Source: an uncultured Gammaproteobacteria bacterium (GTDB lineage Bacteria > Patescibacteriota > Patescibacteriia > UBA9934). From it: a stretch of DNA of 64,000 nucleotides. This document shows positions 44,901 through 54,891 of this stretch, piece after piece; positions within the stretch are counted from its first letter, which is position 1, and each line of letters begins with the position of its first letter. Position numbers and translations under genes: made by a program. A model generated the notes under the pieces. That model had not been told where the DNA came from. It saw nothing but the letters and a program-made list of their open reading frames with translations, and did no database searches. The stretch covers positions 16,896-80,895 of the forward strand of contig CAYFME010000001.1 of the NCBI GenBank assembly GCA_964344145.1. Reading direction: 5' to 3'.

Positions 44901-46173
44901 ACGCGCCGTATACGATCTGATCAAGCGAAACCTTTTTGTGAAGGGATTGGTTCGATTTGTATACCAACATGTGGCCGTGATCCTTTCGTTCTCATGGCTG
45001 CGGAAAAAATGGGCGCACCACCCCGTACGTTACTGGCCCGGTCACTTTTTTGGCTATTACGACATCTGTCCATGGTCATTTGATGATCGATATCTTTTGG
45101 CTCATGCGTATTCTGATAAGCGTGGTACGGGGTCTACGCAAGGGACCCTTCGCATTCGCTGTTTGGATGAGCAGACCGGTGTCGCCCGTGAACTCGGAAA
45201 AACCCGTGCTTGGAATTGGCAACAGGGATCGTTATTGCAGTGGGTGGGCGACACGCACAGCGTTGCTTTTAACGATTGTGAAAACGGCGCGTTTATCACA
45301 CGGATGGTTGATCGAAGCGGCACGCCGATTCGAACCCTTCCATTTGCCAGTGCAGGATTGTCCCCTGATGGACGATACGCGGCCAGCTACAGCTTCACTA
45401 GACTGCAACGCGTGGCTCCCGGATATGCCTATCGCGGGGAGTTGACCTTGGCTGACCGGGAAGCGTGTCCAAAGGGCGATGGTCTTTTTGTGCATGACGT
45501 GCTCACCGGATCACGTGTGTGTCTGATCTCCCTGTATGAGCTATCGCAATACGCGCCGGAGGCGAGCATGCAGGAAGCCGTGCATTATGTAAACCATGTA
45601 ACCTTTTCCCCATCGAGTGACTCCCTTGTGTTTTTTCATCGTTGGCAGGTTCCAAATCGGGAGTGGACGCGCATGATCTCGTATCATATTCCCTCACGCC
45701 GATGGCACCTGTTTAAAACGGCGGGGATGCTCTCGCACGTTGCCTGGCAAGATGACACCCATGTGATGGCATGGGCGCGCTTGCCGAATGAATCGTCAGA
45801 CGCCCAAGTGATCTTTGAAGATGGGACAGATCGGATGCAGATCGTTGGTGAGAAGACGATCACCTCTGATGGGCATCCAACGTGGGGGCCTGATGGGACG
45901 TGGTTTCTTTCTGATACGTATCCAAATAGGTCGCGTATGACGACCTTGTATCGTTTTGATCTTCCCTCTGGTCGCAACGAACTTGCGCGGCTGTATCATC
46001 CGTTTCGATTCAGCGGAGACCAGCGTGTGGATCTCCACCCACGACTCAATAGGAGCGGAACACGAGCCTGTTTTGATGCGGTGGTAGACGGCTCCCGCGC
46101 TCTTTGTACCATGGACCTCACACGCCCCGCCGATGCGTCGGATGAGTGTTGGCATTTGCGGTCTGTCGCGTAA
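44887..46173 (+). CDS. hypothetical protein (possible beta-propeller-type fold)
   Basis: Long ORF with good coding appearance, short-overlap coupled to upstream GT2. No motif recognised. Confidence 0.35.
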   Translation: MHRVERAVYDLIKRNLFVKGLVRFVYQHVAVILSFSWLRKKWAHHPVRYWPGHFFGYYDICPWSFDDRYLLAHAYSDKRGTGSTQGTLRIRCLDEQTGVARELGKTRAWNWQQGSLLQWVGDTHSVAFNDCENGAFITRMVDRSGTPIRTLPFASAGLSPDGRYAASYSFTRLQRVAPGYAYRGELTLADREACPKGDGLFVHDVLTGSRVCLISLYELSQYAPEASMQEAVHYVNHVTFSPSSDSLVFFHRWQVPNREWTRMISYHIPSRRWHLFKTAGMLSHVAWQDDTHVMAWARLPNESSDAQVIFEDGTDRMQIVGEKTITSDGHPTWGPDGTWFLSDTYPNRSRMTTLYRFDLPSGRNELARLYHPFRFSGDQRVDLHPRLNRSGTRACFDAVVDGSRALCTMDLTRPADASDECWHLRSVA

Positions 46174-46230
46174 CCCAAATTTGACTAATTTTTTCTCAAG
46201 CAACATAATGGAAACAAGGTAAAATAACGT

Positions 46231-46452
46231 ATGAGCAAAATAGATTTCAAAGTAGCCGTATGGAAAGAGGGAGACTACTACGTCTCGCGTTGTTTGGATG
46301 TTGAGGTGTCAAGCTTTGGGAAAACAAAAAAAGAAGCCCTTGCGATGCTTCAAGAAGCACTGGAACTCTATTTTGAAGACGCACCATTTCCAAACAAAAA
46401 GGATTTGATAAAAAGACCAGTTCTCGCTTCGGTCACGTTGCAACATGCCTAA
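46231..46452 (+). CDS. hicB: HicB-family antitoxin
   Basis: 73 aa. VAVWKEGDYYVSRCLDVEVSSFGKTKKEALAMLQEALELYFE matches the HicB/UPF0150 pattern. Overlaps the downstream HicA-like gene. Confidence 0.6.
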   Translation: MSKIDFKVAVWKEGDYYVSRCLDVEVSSFGKTKKEALAMLQEALELYFEDAPFPNKKDLIKRPVLASVTLQHA

Positions 46453-46669
46453 ACAATACTCCGTGAGACTTGTCATCAAAGTCCTTCTCAGTAAGGGCTT
46501 CTTTTTTGTTTCCCAAAAAGGATCTCATGCCAAATATCGGAAAATAGGGGACCCAACGAGGGTCGTCATTGTTCCAAAGCATGAAAAAGATTTGCGCTAC
46601 GGAACTTTTAAGTCAATTTTGGAGCAGGCGAATTTAAAAGAAAGCGATTTTCGGGGCAAGAAAAAATAA
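46445..46669 (+). CDS. hicA: HicA-family toxin (YcfA-like mRNA interferase)
   Basis: 74 aa. KVLLSKGFFFVSQKGSHAKYRK...VVIVPKHEKDLRYGTFKSILEQANL matches HicA (G-f.....GSH......t.P.H...l..GtL..Il). Confidence 0.65.
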   Translation: MPKQYSVRLVIKVLLSKGFFFVSQKGSHAKYRKIGDPTRVVIVPKHEKDLRYGTFKSILEQANLKESDFRGKKK

Positions 46670-46701
46670 GCAAACCTTCGCTATACCCCGGCGTCGTGGG
46701 G

Positions 46702-46730
46702 TTGAGGTTCTCATGGTGCCGTGATAATAT
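46702..46730 (+). promoter_or_regulatory. candidate promoter with extended -10 for the tkt/downstream glycan operon
   Basis: TTGAGG (46702-46707), 17-nt spacer, TGaTAATAT extended -10 (46722-46730). 44 nt upstream of the tkt N-subunit start. Confidence 0.4.
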
Positions 46731-46773
46731 ATCGACGCATAATTTCGGGGGATCATTGACGCGCTAGACTTGT

Positions 46774-47598
46774 ATGATTGACGCAGCTGCACTGGCTCTT
46801 CAGGCAAGGCAGGAGGTACTAAAAATGGTGAAACGGGCGCGCTCGGGTCACGTGGGAAGTAACTTTTCCGCCGCGGACATTTTAAGCACATTATATACGG
46901 ATGTGTTAAATGTGCGGCCAACGGATCCGGATTTTGAAGCACGCGACCGCTTTATTTTGAGCAAAGGGCATGGATGTGCCGTTGCGTATGCCGTTTTGGC
47001 TCTGCGCGGATTTTTTCCTATGGAGCGTCTGACGACGTACTATTGTGACGGGGGGAAGTTGGCCGGCCACATGACCCATCGTGATGTGCCGGGCGTGGAG
47101 GTGTCGACGGGATCCCTTGGGCATGGTCTTCCTATTGGCGTGGGCATGGCATTGGCCGTGTCGCGCCAGGGTGCTTCTTGGCGGACCTTCGTGCTTATGT
47201 CCGACGGGGAGATGGATGAGGGGACAACGTGGGAAGCGGCGTTGTTTGCGGCGCACCACAAGCTCGAGGGGCTCGTGGTGATCGTTGACTATAATCACAT
47301 CCAAAGTCTGACATGGGTGGAAGATACGCTCCGACTGGAGCCTCTTGCGGACAAATGGAGGGCATTTGGCTGGGATGTCGTGGAAATAGATGGGCATGAC
47401 CACGGGGCGATTAGGGATGCGTGTCAGGATCGCACGCGCGGTGAGGGTCGACCAACGTGCATCCTAGCGCATACAACAAAGGGAAAGGGGGTTTCGTTTA
47501 TGGAGAACAACAACCTTTGGCACTATCGTACGCCCGATGAGAATGAATATCCTCGAGCGTGTGAAGAATTAGGTATGAATGCAACACTCCCTCTATGA
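46774..47598 (+). CDS. transketolase, N-terminal (TPP-binding) subunit of split enzyme
   Basis: LSKGHGCAVAYAVLA, GSLGHGLPIGVGMALA, DGEMDEGTTWEA thiamine-diphosphate motifs. Confidence 0.85.
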   Translation: MIDAAALALQARQEVLKMVKRARSGHVGSNFSAADILSTLYTDVLNVRPTDPDFEARDRFILSKGHGCAVAYAVLALRGFFPMERLTTYYCDGGKLAGHMTHRDVPGVEVSTGSLGHGLPIGVGMALAVSRQGASWRTFVLMSDGEMDEGTTWEAALFAAHHKLEGLVVIVDYNHIQSLTWVEDTLRLEPLADKWRAFGWDVVEIDGHDHGAIRDACQDRTRGEGRPTCILAHTTKGKGVSFMENNNLWHYRTPDENEYPRACEELGMNATLPL

Positions 47599-48533
47599 GA
47601 ACGGCCTACATTGACGCCATGATGCGTGCGGCAAGGGAGGATCCTTCCATTTTTTTACTGGTCGGTGATTTGGGGTTTGGCGTGATCGAACCGTTTGCCC
47701 AGGCGTATCCGGATCAGTTTGCCAATGCAGGCATTGCTGAGCAGAACATGACCGGTATGGCCGCCGGATTGGCACGCAGTGGCTACAAGGTCTTCACCTA
47801 CTCCATCGCCAACTTCACCACTCTTCGCTGTTTTGAACAGATTCGCAACGATGTCTGTTACCACGATGCCAATGTGAATGTTGTGAGTGTTGGAGGGGGC
47901 TATGCCTATGGGGCGCTCTCATTTACCCACCATGCGACCGAGGATCTGGCGGTGATGAGAGCGTTACCAAATATGACCGTGGTGGCACCGGCTGATCCTC
48001 AAGAGGCCGCGCAAGCAACGCTGGCGCTGATCAATGATCCGCATCCAAGCTACTTGCGTCTAAATCGTGCCGGTGATCCCCCCGTGCATCGATCAGACAT
48101 CACGTTTGAGTTGGGCAAGGCGATTGAAGTCATGGCAGGATCGGACGTTACTCTGATTGGTACCGGAGCGATTATGGGCACCGTGGTGGAGGCTGCGGAT
48201 CAATTACATGCACAGGGCGTGTCCACGCGCGTTCTTTCGATGCACACCGTTAAGCCCATTGACCAGGAGGCATTGGTCCGTGCCGCGAATGAGACATCGC
48301 TTTTGGTGACCGTGGAGGAACATTCGATTGTTGGAGGGTTGGGATCTGCCGTCCTGGAATCCCTCACGGATGCAGGAGTGGCGCCACAGGTACAGCGCAT
48401 TGGTCTTTGCGACCGATTTGTGACAACCTATGGATCACAAGCCTATCTACGTGAGCAAGCAGGTCTCACAGCAACGGCTATCGTGGATCGGGTCATGTCA
48501 TCTATACGCACTCCTTCTTATACCGTTGTATGA
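47595..48533 (+). CDS. transketolase, C-terminal (pyrimidine-binding) subunit of split enzyme
   Basis: ATGA coupling. Transketolase pyrimidine-binding and C-terminal domain features (AGIAEQNMTGMAAGLA). Confidence 0.85.
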   Translation: MRTAYIDAMMRAAREDPSIFLLVGDLGFGVIEPFAQAYPDQFANAGIAEQNMTGMAAGLARSGYKVFTYSIANFTTLRCFEQIRNDVCYHDANVNVVSVGGGYAYGALSFTHHATEDLAVMRALPNMTVVAPADPQEAAQATLALINDPHPSYLRLNRAGDPPVHRSDITFELGKAIEVMAGSDVTLIGTGAIMGTVVEAADQLHAQGVSTRVLSMHTVKPIDQEALVRAANETSLLVTVEEHSIVGGLGSAVLESLTDAGVAPQVQRIGLCDRFVTTYGSQAYLREQAGLTATAIVDRVMSSIRTPSYTVV

Positions 48534-49303
48534 GTCTTACTTCCATTACCGAGCGGCCGGGTTTGCAAGCCACGGAAATACAGGTGGCGCGGTTGTTACA
48601 GCGCTACCAATTCGTCCGTTCTTTTGCCGATGAAACGAGTGATGTTCTTGAGGTCGCCTGTGGGAGTGGGATGGGCTTGCCGTACTTAGTAAAGCGCGCA
48701 CGCACGGTGACGGGAACGGATGTAGATCCGGCGAATATCGAGTTGTCGCGAGAGCTTGCGCAAGGGCACCCGGGCATCACCGTATCTTGTTGTGATGGAC
48801 ATGTGCAGCCCTATGATGATGCGTCATTTGACGTCGTGTCCCTCTTGGAGGCTGTGTATTATCTTGAAGATCCGCCCGCGCATGTTGCCGAAGTGCACCG
48901 TCTGCTTAAACCTGGTGGACGCTATATTCTGTCAACGGTCAATTGCGAGATGGAAGGGTTTCATCCGTCACCCCATGCGCAGACCTATTTCGAAGCACAT
49001 GCATTGCGCCGTCTCCTTTCGTCAACATTTTCACAGGTGGAGATCTATGGGGGATTTCCGCAACGTTCAAGTGCCATGGCAAAGACGGTGATGCTGTGCA
49101 AGAAAGCGGCGGTGCGGTTTAATCTGATTCCTGGGAGTTTGGCCGCGCGGGCCTATCTCAAGCGCGTGTTTATTGGCAGGACATCGCCGTTGCCTTTGGT
49201 TGTGGACGATGCCATAGCGGCCGCCCCACCGCCGATGCGCATCACAAACGATGACGAGGCGAGCAGGTATACCATTTTATACGCTGTCGCCACTAAGGCA
49301 TGA
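48530..49303 (+). CDS. class I SAM-dependent methyltransferase
   Basis: VLEVACGSGMGL motif I, LLKPGGRYILST. ATGA coupling. Confidence 0.75.
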   Translation: MSLTSITERPGLQATEIQVARLLQRYQFVRSFADETSDVLEVACGSGMGLPYLVKRARTVTGTDVDPANIELSRELAQGHPGITVSCCDGHVQPYDDASFDVVSLLEAVYYLEDPPAHVAEVHRLLKPGGRYILSTVNCEMEGFHPSPHAQTYFEAHALRRLLSSTFSQVEIYGGFPQRSSAMAKTVMLCKKAAVRFNLIPGSLAARAYLKRVFIGRTSPLPLVVDDAIAAAPPPMRITNDDEASRYTILYAVATKA

Positions 49304-49306
49304 TCT

Positions 49307-49900
49307 ATGAAGCGATTATTTGATATCAGCCTGAGTACGCTTCTCATCGTGGGATTCCTCCCCATCATGGCTGTACTAGCGTGGATGATCTGGAAAGAAG
49401 ATCGAGGTCCTGTTTTGTATCGTGGTGAGCGGATTGGAAAGGGAGAGCGGCCGTTTCGCATGTTAAAATTCCGCACAATGCGGGTTGATAACGGGGCAGG
49501 GGGTCCAACGACCACCTCTAATGATGACCCACGCATCACCCGCCCTGGCCATTGGATCCGTCACTATAAGTTGGACGAATTACCACAATTGTTTAATGTG
49601 TGGAGGGGTGATATGAGTTTTGTCGGGCCACGCCCTCAGGTTGCATGGGCCGTGGAAACCTATTCCCCTGAAGATCGCGCGATTCTCTCCATACGACCCG
49701 GCATCACGGATGAAGCGTCCATTCGATTTCATAACGAAGGAGAGATTGTTGCCGGCTATCCTGACCCAGACCGTGCGTATATGGAGCTCATTCATCCGGA
49801 AAAAATGCGATTGGCAAGAGCCTATGTGCAAAATCAGTCACTCATGCTGGACCTAAAGATTCTCTACAAAACTGCTGAACAGGTATGGAAGAAACACTAA
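49307..49900 (+). CDS. polyprenyl-phosphate sugar-1-phosphate transferase (PglC/WbaP-C-like initiating phosphoglycosyltransferase)
   Basis: One N-terminal TM helix, then PVLYRGERIGKGERPFRMLKFRTM...LDELPQLFNVWRGDMSFVGPRP, the bacterial sugar transferase signature. Confidence 0.85.
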   Translation: MKRLFDISLSTLLIVGFLPIMAVLAWMIWKEDRGPVLYRGERIGKGERPFRMLKFRTMRVDNGAGGPTTTSNDDPRITRPGHWIRHYKLDELPQLFNVWRGDMSFVGPRPQVAWAVETYSPEDRAILSIRPGITDEASIRFHNEGEIVAGYPDPDRAYMELIHPEKMRLARAYVQNQSLMLDLKILYKTAEQVWKKH

Positions 49901-50652
49901 ACAAACCCATTGCCACCGATGGAGGGTTTCGAACCAATCAAGAGCACGATGCATCTTCGTTGTACGCTGAGACCTTCGAGAACTCGTCCGCTGACACGAA
50001 AACGAAACTACAACACCTTGTGCGCTACATGCGGCGTCAAGATCTCACACGGTTAATGGCACGATACGAGATCTTTAAGAAGGCTCTGCCGGTAAAAGGA
50101 TCGGTCATCGAGTGTGGGGTGTATCATGGATCCGGATTGATGACGTGGGCTCTGGTTTCAGACATGTTAGAGCCCGTGAATTTGACCCGTCGTATTTATG
50201 GATTTGATACATTCGATGGATTTGCCGATGTGAGTCAAAAGGATGAGAATGCTCTGCGTACGCATAACACGGGCGACTTGCAGGCTCCCTCATTTGATGA
50301 GCTATCGACGTTGATTCAGGCCTATGATATGAATCGTTGGCTGGGTCATGTTGATAAAGTACACTTGGTGAAGGGCGATGCCGTCTCGTCAATCCCTGCA
50401 TTTATCGACGCGCACCCTCATCTGGTTGTCAGCCTATTGTTTTTGGACTTTGATTTGTATGAACCGACAAAGGTCGCGCTTGAGCATTTTGTTCCACGCA
50501 TGCCCAAGGGGGCGATTATTGCCTTTGATGAGCTCGATAATCCTCTGTGGCCTGGGGAGACCATGGCGCTTCTAGATTCACTTACGATTGGCAAGCTCGC
50601 TATTCGTCGGCTGCCATTTGATCCATACATCGGATATGCCATTATCGAATAA
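49885..50652 (+). CDS. TylF/MycF-family O-methyltransferase
   Basis: GSVIECGVYHGSGLMTWAL and the C-terminal DxD/FDEL region are typical of macrocin-O-methyltransferase-like enzymes. Confidence 0.65.
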   Translation: MEETLNKPIATDGGFRTNQEHDASSLYAETFENSSADTKTKLQHLVRYMRRQDLTRLMARYEIFKKALPVKGSVIECGVYHGSGLMTWALVSDMLEPVNLTRRIYGFDTFDGFADVSQKDENALRTHNTGDLQAPSFDELSTLIQAYDMNRWLGHVDKVHLVKGDAVSSIPAFIDAHPHLVVSLLFLDFDLYEPTKVALEHFVPRMPKGAIIAFDELDNPLWPGETMALLDSLTIGKLAIRRLPFDPYIGYAIIE

Positions 50653-51787
50653 CACGTTGATCACTCCTGTGGATGCGACACAGGATTCATCCGTCCCCTT
50701 TTTTCCGTATAAGGAGTTGTACGAGGATGAGCGTGAAACCCATTTGGCCATCATCGACGATGTGTATCGGCGCGGTTCCTTTATTCTCGGGCAAGACCTC
50801 GATGCGCTAGAGCAGGAGATGGCCGCGTTTTTGCAGGTGAAGCATGTTGTTGGCGTTGCCAATGGCACCGATGCGATTTTGTTGGCGTTGATGGCGGCTG
50901 GTGTGGGCCCTGGAGATGAAGTGATTACGGTCTCACACACCTTTGTTGCCACCGTTGAAGTGATCCATGCGTTGGGGGCAAAGCCCGTGTTTGTGGATAT
51001 TTTAGATGATCATGGGATGGATGTTCAGGCGGTTGAGGCGGCCAGAACACCGGCGACCAAGGCCGTGATCCCGGTGCATTTAAACGGGCGCATTGTTACA
51101 AACATGTCGTGGTTGCGTCAGTGGTGCCAAAAGCACAATCTTTTTCTTGTTGAAGATGCCGCGCAGGCGTTTGGAGCAAAGCAAGACGGAGTTTCGGCAG
51201 GAGCCTTTGGCTTGGCCGGCTGTTTTAGCTTCTATCCGGCCAAGCTGCTCGGCACCTTTGGTGATGCGGGGGCGATCACGACGAATGACGACACGGTTGC
51301 AGAGCGTCTAAAGTTGATACGTAATCATGGACGAGGAAGTGGCATCGAAATTCAATGCTGGGGTCTTAATGGCCGTATGGACACGGTCCAGGCGGCGCTT
51401 TTGCGGCATCGCCTGACGCGAGTGCCAACTTGGATTGCACGTCGGCGCGCGATTGCGGAGCGGTATGTTTCGGCACTTCAAGGACTGGAGGCGTTGTCGC
51501 TTCCACCGGGTCCCACCACGGAACCATTTGATGTGTTTCAAAACTTCGAGATGGAGGTAGCTGATCGTGATGCCCTGATGGAGACGCTGAAAGAACAAGG
51601 AGTACATACATCATTGCCATGGGGTGGAAAGGCTGTCCATGAGTTTCCTGCCCTACAGCTTTCCACCGTCACCCTCCCTCGTACAGAGCAGTGCATGCGA
51701 CGCTCGCTCATGTTGCCGCTACATCATCTCCTTACCGATGAACAGGTGGAGCGCGTCATTGAGGTAGTCCACGCCCATTATGCCTAG
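50636..51787 (+). CDS. DegT/DnrJ/EryC1/StrS-family PLP-dependent sugar aminotransferase (PglE-like)
   Basis: GVANGTDAILLALMAAGVGPGDEVIT...FSFYPAKLLGTFGDAGAITTND (Schiff-base Lys). Confidence 0.85.
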   Translation: MPLSNNTLITPVDATQDSSVPFFPYKELYEDERETHLAIIDDVYRRGSFILGQDLDALEQEMAAFLQVKHVVGVANGTDAILLALMAAGVGPGDEVITVSHTFVATVEVIHALGAKPVFVDILDDHGMDVQAVEAARTPATKAVIPVHLNGRIVTNMSWLRQWCQKHNLFLVEDAAQAFGAKQDGVSAGAFGLAGCFSFYPAKLLGTFGDAGAITTNDDTVAERLKLIRNHGRGSGIEIQCWGLNGRMDTVQAALLRHRLTRVPTWIARRRAIAERYVSALQGLEALSLPPGPTTEPFDVFQNFEMEVADRDALMETLKEQGVHTSLPWGGKAVHEFPALQLSTVTLPRTEQCMRRSLMLPLHHLLTDEQVERVIEVVHAHYA

Positions 51788-53777
51788 AACGTGGCATCAG
51801 CGTTTGCAGCGGTTGATGGCGCCGACCAATCTCAAGCGGGCCACCTTTTTTGTCGTTGCCGACGTGTGTACCATTGCAGCAGCGGTGCTTTTGGCATTTT
51901 TGATCCGTTTTGACTTTTCGGTGGAGCAAGCGCTTTTGTACAAAAATGCGTTGTTGTGGTTCTTGCCGATTGGTGTGGGCTTTCGCTTGATAGCGCTCGT
52001 GTCCTTTCGTGTGTATGCGATGTCGTGGCGATATGTGAGCTTGGGAGACATTTCGCGCATTGCGATGGCGGTAGGATTGTCGTCCTTGGCCGTGGCAGGC
52101 GCGCTGTTCTTTCTTGTCATTCCATTCGGGCCACAATCGGTTGTATCGTTTCCAACGCCAAGTGGATTTCCACGCAGCATTCTTGTGATTGAAGCTTTCT
52201 TATCTTTCTTTGGCTTGGCATTGGTGCGTATTACAAAGCGGCTGTACTTACAGATGGTCCGTGGATATCGTACATCCTCTGGGGCGCGAACGTTGATTAT
52301 CGGTGCCGGGGACATGGGGGATACGGTTGCACGTGATCTTGTGCGACAACAGCAGGCATTTTCATTAGTGGCGTTTTTGGATGACGCTCCGTCGAAAATC
52401 GGAACACGTTTACACGGAGTCAGGGTGATTGGCAAGCTTGATGCATTAGATCGAGCGATCGTTCAGTACGATGTGCAAGCGATCATCGTGGCGATTGGCT
52501 CATTGCATCACTCAAAGTTAAAAGAGATTTATCGCATTGCCAGAAAGCGAGGGGTAAAACAGTTAAAAATCGTCCCGCATTTTTATGGACTGGATGAGGG
52601 GTTGCGGATAAACATCAACGCCCTTGAAGATATTAAGTTAGAGGATTTGATTGGGCGAGAAGAGGTACGTGTGGACTTTCGTGCGATTGAAAACGAACTG
52701 TTTGGGAAGTCTGTGATGATCACGGGCGCATGTGGCTCCATCGGATCGGATATCGTAAAGCAGGTGTGTCGGTTTCGTCCAAGGCATCTTCTTTGTTTTG
52801 ATTGTGATGAAACGGCCATGTTTCATCTTAAACGGACATTATCAGAGCAATTTCCCAAACAACGTGATCATATCAGCTTTGTGATCGGTGATATCCGTGA
52901 TCAAGAGCGTGTCGATGAGGTGTTTGAACATCACCGACCGGATGTTGTTTTTCACGCGGCTGCGTATAAGCACGTCCCTCTCATGGAGGATAACCCGGGT
53001 GAGGCGGTAAAAGTGAATGTGCTTGGAACAGCCGTCCTGGCCGAAGCCGCGCAACGGTATGAGGCGCGTAAGTTTGTCATGATTTCTTCAGATAAGGCCG
53101 TGAACCCAACAAGTGTGATGGGGGCGACGAAGCGGGTGGCCGAGGAACTTTGCCGCGGCATGAATGGAATGACGGCCTTTGTATCGGTACGATTCGGAAA
53201 CGTCATTGGGAGCCGAGGCAGTGTGTTACCTCTTTTTCTCGAGCAATTAGCCGCTGGTGGACCCCTCACGGTTACCCATCCGGATATGGAGCGCTACTTC
53301 ATGACGATTCCGGAGGCTGTATCGCTGGTGTTGCAGGCGTCTGTCCTTGGCCGTGGTGGCGAGGTGTTCGCTTTGGACATGGGGCGGCGTGTGAGGATAT
53401 TGGATTTGGCCGAAGACCTCATTCGTTTGCATGGGTTCGAGCCATACGATGATGTTGATATCACCATTGTCGGTCCACGTCCTGGTGAAAAGCTCTTTGA
53501 AGAGATTGTTGCGGCTGAAGATGGGACGTGTCCAACGGCTCACGAAAAGATCTCGAGATGTCTGCGTAACGACAAGGTTCCTGAAAAAGACTATCGCTCT
53601 GTTCTTCGTGAGTTTCGTCAGATCGTGAGCATGTATGGATTGAGTCCTGATACGATTCGCGCTACTCTGCAGCGCCATGTTCCATCGTATGGCGCACCAT
53701 CCACGTCATTGTCACGTCCGATGACAGGAGACGATGTTTTGAGCGCGAAGGAGGGTTATCATTCAATTGATCGTTAA
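51780..53777 (+). CDS. membrane-anchored UDP-N-acetylhexosamine 4,6-dehydratase (CapD/PglF/WbpM family)
   Basis: Four N-terminal TM helices. LIIGAGDMGDTVARDL and VMITGACGSIGSDIVKQV double Rossmann motifs, YKASK-type SDR region. Confidence 0.85.
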   Translation: MPRTWHQRLQRLMAPTNLKRATFFVVADVCTIAAAVLLAFLIRFDFSVEQALLYKNALLWFLPIGVGFRLIALVSFRVYAMSWRYVSLGDISRIAMAVGLSSLAVAGALFFLVIPFGPQSVVSFPTPSGFPRSILVIEAFLSFFGLALVRITKRLYLQMVRGYRTSSGARTLIIGAGDMGDTVARDLVRQQQAFSLVAFLDDAPSKIGTRLHGVRVIGKLDALDRAIVQYDVQAIIVAIGSLHHSKLKEIYRIARKRGVKQLKIVPHFYGLDEGLRININALEDIKLEDLIGREEVRVDFRAIENELFGKSVMITGACGSIGSDIVKQVCRFRPRHLLCFDCDETAMFHLKRTLSEQFPKQRDHISFVIGDIRDQERVDEVFEHHRPDVVFHAAAYKHVPLMEDNPGEAVKVNVLGTAVLAEAAQRYEARKFVMISSDKAVNPTSVMGATKRVAEELCRGMNGMTAFVSVRFGNVIGSRGSVLPLFLEQLAAGGPLTVTHPDMERYFMTIPEAVSLVLQASVLGRGGEVFALDMGRRVRILDLAEDLIRLHGFEPYDDVDITIVGPRPGEKLFEEIVAAEDGTCPTAHEKISRCLRNDKVPEKDYRSVLREFRQIVSMYGLSPDTIRATLQRHVPSYGAPSTSLSRPMTGDDVLSAKEGYHSIDR

Positions 53778-53786
53778 CCTCTCCGT

Positions 53787-54800
53787 ATGAACAACTCCAC
53801 TGGATCCAGCTTCTCTCTGACATCATGTATCCACATCCTCATTCGTCGATGGTTCGTGGTGGTCATTGTTTTTGGCCTGTGCATCTTGGCCGGAATTGGG
53901 GCGTACCTTGGTCAGCCGGCTCGACCGTTTCCACACACGACCATCCTTGAGATTGGATCTGTTGATGGCGAGCTTATTGAGTCACAACAGTCTGCATTGG
54001 CAAAAATGGAACGTGTGTTTTTACAGCGCGCCCTGTTGGAGCATGCGGAGGAAAACGAGTATGAAACGAATAAATATTCGATTCAGGTGACAATCCCAGA
54101 TAATACCGATGTGCTTGTGCTCGAGGCGTTTGGTGATGAGAGTCAGTCTGAGGATCTATTGAGTATTCAACAGAGAGCCAGCGAACAGTTGATTGAGGAT
54201 CACTATGATTCAATAGAACAACAAGAGCGTGAATTACTCTCGACGCAGTTTGAGCGAGAGCAAGAATTGGAGAAGTTACAAGGGAAAGCTGCTGTTTTGA
54301 TTCAACGACAACAGGATCTTCAGGCAACGGACGCGTTGCTTGAGCAGCAAATTGCAGAGATCAGCGCTTCCATTGATACCGTCTTAGTGCAACGGGCAAC
54401 CCTTGTAGCGTCCGAAGGGAGCCGTGCGTCGCAATCGGCATCACTTGCCACAGCGTTGCTGGTGATTGATACGGATATTCAAGCACAGCGTGTTCGTCAG
54501 CAGGAGTTAGAACAAGAACGTACGATGACGATACAGCAATCGTTAACAGAGATTGATGAGGCGATGCTGGAAAATGAGCAAGAGCAGGCCGTCGTTTTGC
54601 GTACGATTGATGATTTGCAGTTGACGATCGAAGGTGTCCAGGCGACGCAATATTTGCTGGAGCCATCTCGGCGCCTGCAATCATCACTGCATGGCCCGTC
54701 CGTTTTCCTTATGCTGTCAGGCATGTTAGGAATGGTGGCCGGTGTGTTTATCGCGTTTGTAGTGGACGTCGTGAGTCGAGCGCGTCGATCGGCAAGATAG
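53787..54800 (+). CDS. polysaccharide co-polymerase (Wzz-like chain-length determinant) candidate
   Basis: N-terminal TM helix, long Q/E-rich coiled-coil middle, C-terminal TM helix (VFLMLSGMLGMVAGVFIAFVV). This is the PCP topology. Confidence 0.45.
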   Translation: MNNSTGSSFSLTSCIHILIRRWFVVVIVFGLCILAGIGAYLGQPARPFPHTTILEIGSVDGELIESQQSALAKMERVFLQRALLEHAEENEYETNKYSIQVTIPDNTDVLVLEAFGDESQSEDLLSIQQRASEQLIEDHYDSIEQQERELLSTQFEREQELEKLQGKAAVLIQRQQDLQATDALLEQQIAEISASIDTVLVQRATLVASEGSRASQSASLATALLVIDTDIQAQRVRQQELEQERTMTIQQSLTEIDEAMLENEQEQAVVLRTIDDLQLTIEGVQATQYLLEPSRRLQSSLHGPSVFLMLSGMLGMVAGVFIAFVVDVVSRARRSAR

Positions 54801-54891
54801 CCCCCGGAGGGAACCATCCCGGAGTATTGCAATGGTCTCATGATATACTGCTCACGCATTTCGTGACTCATACCATCAGGGAAGAATAGCC

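Noticed and set aside
46681-46700. Short hairpin ACCCCggcgtcgtGGGGT after hicA as a terminator
   Set aside because: Only a 5-bp stem with no T-tract. More likely incidental, so not listed as a terminator.
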